From assembly GCA_034530875.2 (NCBI GenBank), contig JAVRCJ020000011.1:96001-160000 (forward strand): DNA of 64,000 bases. Reading direction: 5' to 3'. The position numbers and the translations under genes were made by a program. Positions 20,515 through 31,643 of the stretch are shown here, in pieces (positions within the stretch are counted from its first letter, which is position 1; each line of letters opens with the position of its first letter). A model generated the notes under the pieces. The model was not told the origin of the DNA, made no database searches, and saw only the letters and a program-made list of their open reading frames with translations. The DNA comes from Nostoc sp. DedSLP01. GTDB taxonomy: Bacteria; Cyanobacteriota; Cyanobacteriia; Cyanobacteriales; Nostocaceae.

Positions 20515-21510
20515 CTACACCCTTGTTGCTGGCATGGATTGCAGGAGTTCTTCTAAACGGTTGAGAGTCTGGCGCAGCCCTACCTCCATACCCGAATTGA
20601 GATGACCATCCCGATGCTCTTTAGATTGGTGTTGGATATGGATATGTAGCTTTGTTTTCCCATCTTGTTCGGTCAGCGTTAGCGTGTTCAGGTGGTCGCT
20701 GTTAGGAACTGGTTCGTAGCGTTCGGTGGACACCAATCGTTCTGGTGGCACAATCTCACGATACTCTCCTGAGAATCCGTAGTCATTGCCGTTGCTGGAG
20801 TCATGCAAGACATAGCGCCAAATGCCGCCAACACGCAGGTCGATTTCGCAAACGGTCATCGTCATGCTGGTACAACCCCCAAACCACTGCTTTACGTGTT
20901 CGGGCTGAGTCCATGCCTCAAAGACGAGTCGGCGCGGGGCATTGAAGACGCGAGTAATAACGATTTCCCGGTCTGATGGCAACGTCAATGTAAAACCATT
21001 GTGCTGCTGTTCGATTTGCCGGGCCAGGAATTCGTCGAGACAATCGAAACTGGAGTTCCACCCTGCAACAACCCCCATCTCTTCGTGCTTGCGGCGATCT
21101 TCAGCAGATGCGTGAACAATCTCAAGAGTAAGTTTAGTCTTACCGTTGAGATCCTCAAATATTGCTGTCACTACAATTCCCTGTGGCAAATCTGCGTTGA
21201 TGACTTTCTCAAAGCCTTCGTCAAATTCATCGGTGGTGACAATTCGTTCTGGTGGCACGATTTCGCGGAAAACGCCTTTAGCGGGGTACTCTGTACCATC
21301 TGGACTAATCATAACGTAACGCCATCGCCCACCCAGACGGAAATCTAGTTCTGTCACACGAGTTGTAAAGCCTTTTGGCCCCCACCATTGGGCGATGTGG
21401 TTTGGCTGTGTCCATGCCTCAAACACTAGTTCTCGCGGTGCGTTGAAGATACGGGTAATGACGATCTGGCGTTCGGACTGAGTGGAAGTGGAGTCATTTT
21501 GTTCCAACAT
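20515..21510 (-). CDS. Tandem SRPBCC/AHSA1 two-domain protein
   Basis: Two copies of the IVITR.FNAPR.LVFEAWTQP..W..FREIVPPER motif; AGGAG RBS before MLEQ at 21510. Confidence 0.9.
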   Translation of the reverse strand: MLEQNDSTSTQSERQIVITRIFNAPRELVFEAWTQPNHIAQWWGPKGFTTRVTELDFRLGGRWRYVMISPDGTEYPAKGVFREIVPPERIVTTDEFDEGFEKVINADLPQGIVVTAIFEDLNGKTKLTLEIVHASAEDRRKHEEMGVVAGWNSSFDCLDEFLARQIEQQHNGFTLTLPSDREIVITRVFNAPRRLVFEAWTQPEHVKQWFGGCTSMTMTVCEIDLRVGGIWRYVLHDSSNGNDYGFSGEYREIVPPERLVSTERYEPVPNSDHLNTLTLTEQDGKTKLHIHIQHQSKEHRDGHLNSGMEVGLRQTLNRLEELLQSMPATRV

Positions 21511-21544
21511 CTTGATTTCTCCTGAAGAATGGAACGATCGCAAG

Positions 21545-21895
21545 TTATGAATCGCGATCGCGTTTCTTTTCCTCTGCTTGCAATTGCTGTAGATACTCGT
21601 CCAGACGATCTAAATTCTGTTCCCAGAACTGGCGATATTGCTCGATCCAGTCTGCTGCGTTTTTAAGTGGTTCTGCTTCTAGCCGACAAGGCCGCCACTG
21701 AGCCTCTCGACCCCGTGCGATCAATCCAGCACGCTCTAGCACCTTGAGATGTTTGGAAATGGCAGGCAAGCTCATCTTAAAAGGTTGGGCTAGCTCGGTT
21801 ACTGATGCTTCGCCTTTAGCAAGATGAGCCAAGATTGCCCGCCGAGTAGGATCGGCAAGGGCGGCAAAGGTGATGCTCAATCGATCGGTGGACAT
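21545..21895 (-). CDS. ArsR/SmtB family transcriptional regulator
   Basis: FAALADPTRRAIL, SLPAISKHLKVLERAGLI. Confidence 0.93.
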   Translation of the reverse strand: MSTDRLSITFAALADPTRRAILAHLAKGEASVTELAQPFKMSLPAISKHLKVLERAGLIARGREAQWRPCRLEAEPLKNAADWIEQYRQFWEQNLDRLDEYLQQLQAEEKKRDRDS

Positions 21896-21908
21896 TAAGA
21901 TTGGACGT

Positions 21909-21944
21909 ATTTAACCGCGCAGTTAATTAACTACTAGGTTAAAT
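21909..21944. promoter_or_regulatory. Putative ArsR operator (dyad symmetry)
   Basis: ATTTAACC-gcgc-AGTTAATTAACT-acta-GGTTAAAT, 13 bp upstream of the arsR start. Confidence 0.65.
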
Positions 21945-21971
21945 GTACTAGTCAAGAATGTCAAGGGTGAA

Positions 21972-22100
21972 TTAGTCATTGGTCATTGGTCATTAGTCAT
22001 TAGTCATTGGTCATTGGTCATTGGTCATTAGTCATTAGTCATTAATTATTCTCCCCTGCCCCCTCTGCTCCCTCTGCTCCCTCTGCCCCTCTGCCTCCCC
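21972..22100. repeat. STRR tracts (TTAGTCA/TTGGTCA)n followed by CCCCTCTG-type repeats
   Basis: About 10 tandem heptamers, then ctctgctcc units. Confidence 0.85.
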
Positions 22101-22116
22101 TACGGGTTCGCAAGGC

Positions 22117-22605
22117 TTACTTACACAGCGCCATCGTCAGCAATGCAGCTGACCCAAAGGCTGCTATTGTGCGGACATGGTTCCAGAACGTCCATTGTGT
22201 GAGATATCTAGTCCATAGATTTGCGCCCTCAGGACTATCTGGTTTGGCGATCGCTAGGGCATCATTCAGCGGCACATTGAAGGCGATGGTTACAAGAACG
22301 GTGCCAACGAGATAGAGCAAGCTACCAAAGAGCAAGTAGGCTGCACTAGGTTGATGCCACTTTGATAGCGAGGCGATAGCTATAAACAGGCAAGCTAAAG
22401 CCGTTCCAAACAGCGCTACCATAAACAACGGATTAATCGCTGTGATATTAATTGATTGCATAGCGACAATGCCTTCTCTCGGCTCAATTCGAGCAAGAGC
22501 GCTCATTACAAAAGTCGAGAAAGCGAAGAAGACTCCCGCCACTAGTCCGCAGCCCAAGGCAGCGAAAAGTTTTAATGCAAAAGGCAAGTGGTCAAAAGTT
22601 GCCAT
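22117..22605 (-). CDS. DUF1772 / anthrone oxygenase family membrane protein
   Basis: GLVAGVFFAFSTFVM, MQSIN, NVPLND, W..WNHVR; GGAGG RBS. Confidence 0.88.
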   Translation of the reverse strand: MATFDHLPFALKLFAALGCGLVAGVFFAFSTFVMSALARIEPREGIVAMQSINITAINPLFMVALFGTALACLFIAIASLSKWHQPSAAYLLFGSLLYLVGTVLVTIAFNVPLNDALAIAKPDSPEGANLWTRYLTQWTFWNHVRTIAAFGSAALLTMALCK

Positions 22606-23123
22606 AAACCCTCCTACAAATGCATTCCCTTTAGCTTAAGACAACTATTGATTGCGAGCTATCTAAAATTTTGGGCGTTGCTCAATTAAGGAATGATTTA
22701 GCAATTGATAAAATTCTTCCCCTGCCTCCTGACTTGAAAAAGGGTGTAGGGTATGGGGTGTAGGGTGTAGTGAATATTCCTTTTTCATGTATGGCTATGA
22801 AATTTTTTCATTGGGACTGCCTCCTAGCTTGAAAAAGCAGGGGAAGAAAGACACTTTCATTCAAGGCTTGTGAAACTTGTTTCATTGGGACTGCCTCCTA
22901 CCTCCTACCCTGTGCCTTTTTCTGTAATTTTGATAACTATTGCAACTGAGTACTCATGATTTTTGTGAATAACACTCCGATGGATAGAAGAGACAGTTAA
23001 TAGAGTATGCAACATTACAATCAGCACGGGACAAAGAACAAAATTTAGAGATTAGGGCATTTAAAACTTGAAAGACAACTAATTTCATGTGAGCAAGAGT
23101 ATGCAGCAGGATAATAATGACCA

Positions 23124-24413
23124 ATGAGCAAAAGAGTAATTGTAGTTGGGGCTGGGTTGGCAGGGCTGACGGCTGCTTATGAACTGACTCGCGCTGGTTT
23201 TGATGTGCAAGTGTTTGAAGCGCGCGAGCGAGTTGGAGGGCGAGTCCAAACGGTCTTGTTTGGCGAACAACAGTATGGCGAATTGGGTGCAGAGTTTGTT
23301 GATGATAATCATACAGCGTTGCTATCTTATGCTGCTCAATTCAACCTCACGCTTGAGCCTGCCTTCAAGTTTCCAGACGACCTCTGTTATTACATTGATG
23401 GTAATTTCTCTACTCAAAAAACCCTGACTACTCAACAGCAAGCTGCCTTAGGGGATGCGTATGAGCAGTTAGACCAATTATTAGAGCAGCTTGCCGATCC
23501 TCCCCAAACATTAGCTCAGTGGCTGAGCGCACATTCCATTGCTCCCTTTGCCTGCAAAGTTGTTCGTCAGCAATCCTATGGACTGTATGCAGCAGATCCA
23601 GAGGCGATTGGAGTTGGCTTTTTTGCTTACAGTGGTACTTCTAGCGATCGCAATTTGCGAATTCGTGGTGGTAGTAGTCAACTTGCAACCGCATTTGCTC
23701 GTTGTTTAGGCGATCGCATCCATACAAACACCCCAGTTGTGCGAATTCAGCAGCAAGAAGAAACTATTGCCGTGAGTCTAAAAACTCTTGACGGACAAGT
23801 TGAAGTATTTAGCGACTGGATTGTTGTCACAATTCCCTGGAGTGTCTTGCGCCATTTGTCTGTTGAAGTTCCACTGACACAAGTACAACGAAAAGCGATC
23901 GCTAACTTGCCTTATGGAGTATCCATTAAGACCTTACTCCAATACTCCAACCGTTTTTGGCAGCAACCCAGTTTCAGGCTGCTTGTCACAGACAGACCTT
24001 ATCAAACTGTTTGGGAATCTACTTTAACTCAACCAGGTGAAGCCGGAATTCTTGCTTTTACCAGTAGCGGAACGCCTAGCCGCAACTTAGTTGGACAATG
24101 TGTTGAGTTAGCACAACAAACAGTATCCGATCTGTATGTAAATGCTCCCAAAGCGATCGCACAAAACGCAGCACCAAAGGCGATCGCAACTGCAACTCAT
24201 GACTGGAGTACCGATCCCTGGTCGCAAGGATCTTACTGCTACTTTGCTCCTGCTGATTTGAAAACCTGGCGTTCTGACTTCTCGTACTCTACTGGAAGAT
24301 TCATTTTGGCAGGAGAACATACTGCTCCCCTTGAATATTGTGGCTATATGGAGGGAGCCATTCGCAGTGGACAACGAGCAGCACAGCAAATTTTAGCTTT
24401 TGCTATTAGATGA
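23124..24413 (+). CDS. Flavin monoamine oxidase family protein
   Basis: VVGAGLAGL..A, EARERVGGRV, LAGEHT, GYMEGAIRSG. Confidence 0.92.
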   Translation: MSKRVIVVGAGLAGLTAAYELTRAGFDVQVFEARERVGGRVQTVLFGEQQYGELGAEFVDDNHTALLSYAAQFNLTLEPAFKFPDDLCYYIDGNFSTQKTLTTQQQAALGDAYEQLDQLLEQLADPPQTLAQWLSAHSIAPFACKVVRQQSYGLYAADPEAIGVGFFAYSGTSSDRNLRIRGGSSQLATAFARCLGDRIHTNTPVVRIQQQEETIAVSLKTLDGQVEVFSDWIVVTIPWSVLRHLSVEVPLTQVQRKAIANLPYGVSIKTLLQYSNRFWQQPSFRLLVTDRPYQTVWESTLTQPGEAGILAFTSSGTPSRNLVGQCVELAQQTVSDLYVNAPKAIAQNAAPKAIATATHDWSTDPWSQGSYCYFAPADLKTWRSDFSYSTGRFILAGEHTAPLEYCGYMEGAIRSGQRAAQQILAFAIR

Positions 24414-24675
24414 AATGCAAATTTTCCTACTTTTTTACTACTCATTAAAGTCATTTTAACCAGATATTATTTAACGAAAAAACAGTAAATTATCATATTG
24501 CGGGTATTAGTAAGACAGGTTCGGTTAGATAGTAATTTTATTTTTGTAACTCTTCTTGATAGCAATTTGAAAAAAGAATGCAAAAAATACAGCGCTGACA
24601 TCGGTTTTACGTTAAGTTGACACCAATGCACGTACAGGCGATCGATGTGTTGCAAAAATTCTTATAATTTACAAA

Positions 24676-24710
24676 TTCTAACGCCCAGAACAAGGTTCTG
24701 GGCGTTAGAA
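24676..24710. terminator. Perfect 16-bp stem-loop between convergent genes
   Basis: TTCTAACGCCCAGAAC-AAG-GTTCTGGGCGTTAGAA. Confidence 0.55.
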
Positions 24711-24830
24711 GTTGATGTTATCGAAACGATCGAGTCAAAAACCGTACTTTGTCCAAAGTTTTTGGAATGGGGTATAAATCCTCGTTACAAAAACGGCCTC
24801 CTGCCTCCTGCCCTCTGCCTCCTGCCTTCG

Positions 24831-27572
24831 TTAAGTCAAGTCTTTCCCAGAATTTTGAATTAATTCACTTACTAAACCCGTCCAACCTGTTTGATGGCTA
24901 GCACCAATACCTGCACCAATATCGCCATGAAAATATTCATAGAACAGAATAAAATCGCGCCAATGTGGGTCGTTTTGAAATTTGTCTGAGCCGCCATAAA
25001 CAGGGCGCTTGCCAGTTCTTGGGTCTTTTTGGAAAATTTTGATTAGCCTGCGGCTTAATTCGTGTGCTACTTCTTTAAGATTCATCAGTTTCTTTTCACC
25101 CGAAGAAGTAGGGCACTCAACTTTGAAATTATCTCCCCAAAACTCATGATACTTGAACAAAGATTCAATCAGAAGATAATTCACAGGGAACCAAATCGGG
25201 CCGCGCCAATTAGAATTACCACCAAACATTCCATATTTTGATTCTGCTGGTTCGTATTCCACCCGATACTCTTGTCCGTTTGCCCGTAACACATAAGGAC
25301 GATCCTTATGATATTTTGACAAAGCTCGGATACCATAATCGCTCAAAAATTCTGCTTCATTCAGCAGACGGCTCAAAATCGCTTTGAGTCGGTCTTGATT
25401 TACCAACGACAAATAAAGTCCTTTATCGTTAGGGATTAGGGAAATATTATTGTGTTTGGTAAGTTGGGGGCGATTGTTAACAAACCAAAGAACTCGTTTT
25501 TTGAAATCAGAAGATAAATATTTATTGACAAGTTCTTGCTCGATTGTTTCTATAGCAAAAAGCGGAATTAACCCTACCATTGACCGCACTTTCATTAACA
25601 GTACGCCTTCATTATTTGCACCTTCAACTACACCAGGAGGAGCTTTGAGAATATCATAGTAAAATTGGTCTTGGTCATCCCAGATATCTACACCCGTACC
25701 GCCTACTTTATTCATTGCGTCAGCGATGAGTAGGAAATGTTGGAAATATTTAGATGCCATATCTTCATACTTCTTATCGTCATCTCCTTTTGCAAGTTCT
25801 GTAGCTATTCTGAGCAAATTGAGACAATACATTCCCATCCAACTAGTACCATCAGATTGCTCTATGATGGCGTTGGGAATCTGAATGTTACTTCTATCTA
25901 AAACCCCAATATTGTCTAATCCTAAAAATCCACCTTGGAAAAGGTTGTTGCCTTCAAAGTCTTTACGATTTACCCACCAGGTAAAATAAAGAGATAACTT
26001 TTGGAAGATTTCTTCCAAAAAGTCTCTATCAGCCTTGCCATACAATTGCTTTTCTATGTTGTAAACGCGCCATGCAGCCCAAGCATGAACGGGTGGATTT
26101 ACATCGCCAAATGCCCACTCATAAGCCGGTATTTGACCGTTGGGGTGCATATACCATTCGCGGGTAAATAGATACAATTGCTTTTTAGCAAATTCTGGAT
26201 CGATTAGTGCCAAGGTAACGGTATGAAAGGCTAAATCCCAAGCAGCAAACCAAGGATATTCCCACTTATCAGGCATGGAAATAATATCTTCATTAAATAA
26301 ATGATCCCACTCACGGTTTCTGCCATATTTGCGTTGTTCTGGCGGCTTTGGCGGATTGGGATCGCCATTAAGCCAATCGTATACTACGTAGTGATAATAT
26401 TGTTTGCTCCACAACATACCGGCAAAGCTTTGTCTTTGGATATTTCGCAAATCGTCAGAAATATCAAGAGGACAAACAGCTTTATAAAATTCATCAGCTT
26501 CCTGCTGGCGAGTTTGAAATACAGTTTCAAAATCATTACCAAAGGGAGAATCTAAATTTGTATCGCTCAACCTGAGTTTAATGACTTTGGTTTCTCCGGG
26601 ATTAATTGTCAAGTCGTAATGAGCTGCGGCTTTTGTGCCTTTTTGAGTGGGATTTACTGTTTTTTTAGTTCCGTAAGAAATGATGTAATCATTGATGCCA
26701 TCTTTAACGTAGTCAGTATTCTGACCCCATCCAAATCGTTGCTTGTTTGTTTCGTTTTCTGTAAACAGAAGTTCTTTTGCAGCTTCGCTATAAAGCCATC
26801 CTGTGCGTGCATTTTTAACTTCATCATTGTCTTGATAACCAACTTCTATGATGCTTAGATTGGGGTCAGATTTAATAGCTTGCAGGTATTTACCTTCTTT
26901 TGTTTGACCTTCATAACCCCAAGACCAAGTATTGCGAAACCAAATTGTTGGTAAAAGATGTAGTTTAGCTGTTTCTGGGCCTCGGTTAGCAACACTAATT
27001 TTGATGTGAATATCTTCTGGAGAATTTTTAGCGTACTCTACAAAAACATCAAAGTAACGATTATCATCAAAGACTCCTGTATCTATGAGTTCGTATTCAA
27101 AAGCTCCAGAATTGGTTGATTTCCGATTTGCATTTTCCTGAATTAACTGGCTGTAGGGGAAAGGTCTTTGCGGATATTTGTAAAGAAATTTCATGTAGGA
27201 ATGCGTGGGGGTGTTGTCAAGATAAAAATAATATTCTTTGACATCTTCCCCGTGATTACCTTCACTGTTGGTTAAACCAAATAGCCTTTCTTTGAGAATT
27301 GGATCTTTTTCATTCCAAAGGGCGATCGCAAAACAAATATGTTGGTGAGTATCGCTAATTCCAGCAATTCCATCTTCACCCCAACGATAGGTACGGGAAC
27401 GAGCTTGGTCGTGGGAAAAATATTCCCAAGCATTACCACCAGTACTGTAGTCTTCTCGTACTGTTCCCCACTGGCGATCGCTCACATAAGAACCCCACCG
27501 CTTCCAATATTCCTTTTTGGCAGTGTCTGCTACTAATCTTTTTCCTTCTGCTGTGTCTAGAATATTTGCCAT
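24831..27572 (-). CDS. GH63-like (MGH1-like) glycoside hydrolase / glucosidase
   Basis: [49 protein letters not shown]; likely start MANILD at 27572. Confidence 0.9.
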   Translation of the reverse strand: MANILDTAEGKRLVADTAKKEYWKRWGSYVSDRQWGTVREDYSTGGNAWEYFSHDQARSRTYRWGEDGIAGISDTHQHICFAIALWNEKDPILKERLFGLTNSEGNHGEDVKEYYFYLDNTPTHSYMKFLYKYPQRPFPYSQLIQENANRKSTNSGAFEYELIDTGVFDDNRYFDVFVEYAKNSPEDIHIKISVANRGPETAKLHLLPTIWFRNTWSWGYEGQTKEGKYLQAIKSDPNLSIIEVGYQDNDEVKNARTGWLYSEAAKELLFTENETNKQRFGWGQNTDYVKDGINDYIISYGTKKTVNPTQKGTKAAAHYDLTINPGETKVIKLRLSDTNLDSPFGNDFETVFQTRQQEADEFYKAVCPLDISDDLRNIQRQSFAGMLWSKQYYHYVVYDWLNGDPNPPKPPEQRKYGRNREWDHLFNEDIISMPDKWEYPWFAAWDLAFHTVTLALIDPEFAKKQLYLFTREWYMHPNGQIPAYEWAFGDVNPPVHAWAAWRVYNIEKQLYGKADRDFLEEIFQKLSLYFTWWVNRKDFEGNNLFQGGFLGLDNIGVLDRSNIQIPNAIIEQSDGTSWMGMYCLNLLRIATELAKGDDDKKYEDMASKYFQHFLLIADAMNKVGGTGVDIWDDQDQFYYDILKAPPGVVEGANNEGVLLMKVRSMVGLIPLFAIETIEQELVNKYLSSDFKKRVLWFVNNRPQLTKHNNISLIPNDKGLYLSLVNQDRLKAILSRLLNEAEFLSDYGIRALSKYHKDRPYVLRANGQEYRVEYEPAESKYGMFGGNSNWRGPIWFPVNYLLIESLFKYHEFWGDNFKVECPTSSGEKKLMNLKEVAHELSRRLIKIFQKDPRTGKRPVYGGSDKFQNDPHWRDFILFYEYFHGDIGAGIGASHQTGWTGLVSELIQNSGKDLT

Positions 27573-27633
27573 TTTTCCTTTCCTTTGATGATGTTTGCGA
27601 TGATTAATTGGCAATAGTTAATCAACTAACCTA

Positions 27634-27735
27634 ATACCAATTCAATAAATTATTGCAACATATACTTGGTTAAAGACGCGATGAATCGCGTCTCTACAAA
27701 TGGTCTATTTGTCGCATTGTTTTTGAAATTGGTAT
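27634..27735. mobile_element. MITE with REP-like core
   Basis: TIRs ATACCAATT / AATTGGTAT; core AGACGCGATGAATCGCGTCTCTAC. Confidence 0.7.
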
Positions 27736-27786
27736 CATATTACTTCTGCCGTTAATAAAATTTCTCCCTCTGCTCCCCTGCCTTCT

Positions 27787-29778
27787 TCACCTCTCCGTAG
27801 CTAACCAAGCCCGGAGTACTTCGCCAACTGACCAAGCTTGAGCAATACAACCTTTAGGTTCCATTGGTGCATTGCCATTAGATATTTCACTAATAGTTCC
27901 AACTCCAGCTGTATAGAGGTGATGTTGCATTGGTTCTAGATATTGGCGAGCAACGGATGGGTTGTTAAACACGCGCAAATGAGCTAAGACAAATGGGCCG
28001 ATTAACCATTCCCAAACTGTTCCTTGGTGATAGGCAGAGTCACGATGAAATTGATCTCCACTGTAGTTACCGATATACTGCGGATCGTCTGGTGCAAGAC
28101 TACGCAATCCGTGAGAAGTTAAAAGCGATCGCTCGCAGGCTTCTACTACTTGGCGTTGTTGTTCGGCTGTCAGCGGACTTTCTGGCAAGGATACGGCAAA
28201 GATTTGATTTGGTCGCATAGAGGCATCGTTACCACTTGGACTGTCTAAAACATCAAAACAGTATCCCTTGGCATTATTCCAGAAACGACTAAAACCTTTT
28301 TGGGCGGTATCAGCCATTGCATCGTAGTCTTGGTAAGGTTTTCCTAACTTGTGGGCGAACTTGGACATTGTTCGCAAAGCGTTATACCACAGGGCATTTA
28401 CTTCTACAGGCTTGCCAATGCGAGGAGTAACTACCCAATCACCAACTTTGGCATCCATCCAGGTAAGCTGCACTCCTGCTTGTCCGGCATAAAGCAATCC
28501 ATCATTGGGATCGAGGCGGATATTGTAGCGCGTTCCTTGACGGTGAAATTCGATAATGTCTGCAAGTTTGGGAAATAAATCTGCTAATAGCTTCTCATCG
28601 CCAGTTGTAGCCAAGTAAATGCGGATGGCTTCAAAATACCACAATGTTGCATCAACTGTATTGTAGTCAGCGTCCACGAGTGGCTGATTATTGTCAGGAA
28701 AATGATTGGGCAACATTCCTTTGCTGATATATTCGCCAAAGGTGCGAAGTATCAAGTCTGCAATTTGAGGACGATTAGTCGAAAGCGTCAGACCTGGTAG
28801 ACTAATCATGGTGTCGCGTCCCCAATCAGTAAACCAGTGGTAACCGGCAATGATGGTTTTTCCACCTTGGCGATCGACAATAAACTGATCGGCAGCGAGT
28901 ACGAGTTGCTGCACCCAGTCAGGAGGGGGAGGCGCTTGTGGCGATCGCTTTGCTTGCCAGTCTGCTATTAGCTTTTGTTCATACTGATGACGCAAATCTA
29001 AGGCTGCTGCACCGTTTAAATCAGGATTTTGCTGCGTACTGGCGACAAAAGTAAACGAGCTTCCAGGCTCCAATGTGACTGTAAAAGTTGCTGGGTAAAG
29101 ATGATCGTCTATATCGTTGAGTCCCCGTTCCTTTTCAGCTGCGAGTTCAAATCCGAAGTACCACTCGTTATTGAGCGAAGCATTACCGCTATCTGTTAAT
29201 AAGTACAAAGTTTGCGCTCCCGGATACACTGTGACAGCGACTCCACGCTCAATTGCTGCCACATTCATCCGCCAATCTTTCGCAGGCCATTCATTAGCAT
29301 GGGTTCTGCTGTGATAATCGCGGTAATTAACAAATGCTTTGATGGATAACTTTAGCGATCGCTTTGCCCGTCGCAAATAATAATGAATGTATGTGGTATC
29401 TGCTCCAGGCTGCATCCAAATGCGCTTCTCTAATAAAGCACCCCCACAAGCAAAGTTCCAGACAGGTACCGTTCCCTCTAAATAAAAGCTTTCGATATTA
29501 CGGTAACCTTGAGGAGCAACTGTGCCATTTGACCAGCGATTAGCAAACAGTGGATAAGAACTACCTTCATACTCTGCTGTTTCGTCTAGCTTTGCTAGTA
29601 ATAAAGTTCGCTGCAAAGGTGGTTGCAGTGCAGCCACAAGTAAACCGTGATAACCCCGCGTTGATAAACCTGCTACTGTACCTGAAGCATAGCTGCCACG
29701 GCCATTGGTTACTAACCACTCCCGCGATTCTGCTGCATCAAGATTTCCACAAATTTCACGTCCAAAGTTGATGCTCAT
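27787..29778 (-). CDS. Amylo-alpha-1,6-glucosidase (glycogen debranching enzyme family)
   Basis: EWLVTNGRGSYAS, IAGYHWFTDWGRDTMISLPG, LTWMDAK, YHQGTVW, QAWSV. Confidence 0.92.
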   Translation of the reverse strand: MSINFGREICGNLDAAESREWLVTNGRGSYASGTVAGLSTRGYHGLLVAALQPPLQRTLLLAKLDETAEYEGSSYPLFANRWSNGTVAPQGYRNIESFYLEGTVPVWNFACGGALLEKRIWMQPGADTTYIHYYLRRAKRSLKLSIKAFVNYRDYHSRTHANEWPAKDWRMNVAAIERGVAVTVYPGAQTLYLLTDSGNASLNNEWYFGFELAAEKERGLNDIDDHLYPATFTVTLEPGSSFTFVASTQQNPDLNGAAALDLRHQYEQKLIADWQAKRSPQAPPPPDWVQQLVLAADQFIVDRQGGKTIIAGYHWFTDWGRDTMISLPGLTLSTNRPQIADLILRTFGEYISKGMLPNHFPDNNQPLVDADYNTVDATLWYFEAIRIYLATTGDEKLLADLFPKLADIIEFHRQGTRYNIRLDPNDGLLYAGQAGVQLTWMDAKVGDWVVTPRIGKPVEVNALWYNALRTMSKFAHKLGKPYQDYDAMADTAQKGFSRFWNNAKGYCFDVLDSPSGNDASMRPNQIFAVSLPESPLTAEQQRQVVEACERSLLTSHGLRSLAPDDPQYIGNYSGDQFHRDSAYHQGTVWEWLIGPFVLAHLRVFNNPSVARQYLEPMQHHLYTAGVGTISEISNGNAPMEPKGCIAQAWSVGEVLRAWLATER

Positions 29779-29880
29779 AAATATAGTTAATTATGTTTCA
29801 AATATTTTCAATTTTGATTTTCACATCAATACTTTTTCTTTAATCAGAGTCTATTTATTTGGTAACAATTTTTGAATATA

Positions 29881-29959
29881 TAGCAATCCTAAATCATTCT
29901 TTGAAAATCTGTTCCTTATTGCCTTTTACATGTTTACACAACTGAAATTAGGATTGCTA
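29881..29959. mobile_element. Short MITE
   Basis: TAGCAATCCTAA ... TTAGGATTGCTA 12-bp perfect TIRs. Confidence 0.65.
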
Positions 29960-30088
29960 AGTAAGTTTAAGTAAACTCATTCAAAAACTACTAAGTAGAA
30001 GGCAGTTGTGACTGGAGGCACAAGGTAAAATCCTTAACAGTAAAAGGTTTTGCTGCTTTGGATTTTCCATTTAATTATGTCCGTCTAC

Positions 30089-31519
30089 TTATTTAGTTTT
30101 TGCCAAATTTTTGAGAAAACTTACACTAGGTGCAAAAAAATATTCACCACCTTGCATTTTTACCCATACTTTCATGCCAGCTTCTTGAGTTTCCGATTCC
30201 CCCCATTGTTTTGGCCATTTCTGAATTCCGTCTGGTTGACCAATTAGCGGATCTGGGCCAACATTGACTTGAACAAAGTTTTTCGGATTTGCCCATCTAG
30301 ATTGGATCAAATTAAACTGATTTTCAATATCTGCTTGAAAACAAAGAAATAACAATCCCGAGCCTGCTGTCGGTTCTTTAGTGGGATCTTGCTCGCCAAA
30401 ACTAACAGAACGACGAGCAATACGATGCCTTCTTTCCACCTTTAAAGCTTCGTCAAAACCTGGGGAAGATTCCACTCTTCCTGTATCGCCTCTGGGATTA
30501 ACTTTGCGGATGTGAGCGTGGAAAGGACACTTTGTTGCTTGGGTATCTAAATCGTAATTAAAATTATTAAAGTATTCGTAATTAATTGATGTCGTATCTT
30601 GACTCGGTATATCTGAGAGAGTTAGGGGAGTTCCATCTTCAAACCGTCCCACAACCAAAGCTCCGGCTAAAGTTTCACTAATACCTAACTTTTTAGCCAA
30701 ATTCCGCACATCTTCGCGGAATTTTTGGACATTTTGTTCCAGTTTGCGGCAAACCAAATAACTGCCATAGCTATCTTCAGTTTTACCGTTAGGATCTTTA
30801 ACTAAAATCAGACTTAGCGGAGCGCGAGGATCCCATTTACTGAAGTCAGAATTCTTAGCCTTGGCGCTCTCAATATTTCGTTTTAGAAATAGAGGTTGAC
30901 TAACACCATCAACATAACCGAAGTGTTCTACAATTTGTTTTTGAGAATTTCTGAGAATGAAACCATCTTCTCTATGAATTACTTTGCAAAGCCCCGATAA
31001 TTCTGAGCAAATTTCGTTGACTACTTTGAGTAAGTCTGTTAAATTATCATCCGCTATCAGTAATAAAGCATCTAATTTTTGTTGAAATCCTGGTTCCCAA
31101 TATTTTGGTTCTGGATCTCCCAAGAAACCTTTGATATCAACATTTTGCATACCTAATCGAAATGGTTGATCTCCGGGTATTTTCCAAGGTTGTATTTCCA
31201 GATATTCATAACCTTGAGAAGATAAATACAAATTACCGAAGATACCACCTGATATCTTTTTAGTTCGGTATTCGCGTGCTTCATCTGACTGCTGTTTAGC
31301 AGATTTAACATATTTTTGGGCAAAGTTTTGAATCCATCGTTTGACTGCATTTACTTGACCAGCTTGAAATTGTATAAACAGATGCACGATATGGTCTCGT
31401 CCATGCCCATTCAAAATGTTGCCTTGTAAATCTTGGAGCAAAGTCTCGTATTTCCCAGAATTTTCTGGATCGATGCCATCTTCTGGTATGGTTTTTAAAT
31501 CTTCTTCTGTTAGTGCCAT
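30089..31519 (-). CDS. DyP-type (dye-decolorizing) heme peroxidase
   Basis: EHFGYVDGVSQP (GXXDG), CPFHAHIRKVNPR, RIARRS, GLLFLCFQ, GGEYFFAPS. Confidence 0.93.
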   Translation of the reverse strand: MALTEEDLKTIPEDGIDPENSGKYETLLQDLQGNILNGHGRDHIVHLFIQFQAGQVNAVKRWIQNFAQKYVKSAKQQSDEAREYRTKKISGGIFGNLYLSSQGYEYLEIQPWKIPGDQPFRLGMQNVDIKGFLGDPEPKYWEPGFQQKLDALLLIADDNLTDLLKVVNEICSELSGLCKVIHREDGFILRNSQKQIVEHFGYVDGVSQPLFLKRNIESAKAKNSDFSKWDPRAPLSLILVKDPNGKTEDSYGSYLVCRKLEQNVQKFREDVRNLAKKLGISETLAGALVVGRFEDGTPLTLSDIPSQDTTSINYEYFNNFNYDLDTQATKCPFHAHIRKVNPRGDTGRVESSPGFDEALKVERRHRIARRSVSFGEQDPTKEPTAGSGLLFLCFQADIENQFNLIQSRWANPKNFVQVNVGPDPLIGQPDGIQKWPKQWGESETQEAGMKVWVKMQGGEYFFAPSVSFLKNLAKTK

Positions 31520-31643
31520 TGCTTAAACTCTTTTTGTCAAGTTAGGATTTAACCGTTGCCAGATTGAGAAGAAAAAATTCAGGAGTCAGAATTCAGTAAT
31601 CAATAATTAGGTTTCAGTCACGTACTAATTTGATTGAATCTTC

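Noticed and set aside
21972..22899. Repeat arrays as possible CRISPR
   Set aside because: Units are 7-9 bp or only two copies. There are no 23-47 bp repeats with unique spacers and no cas genes.
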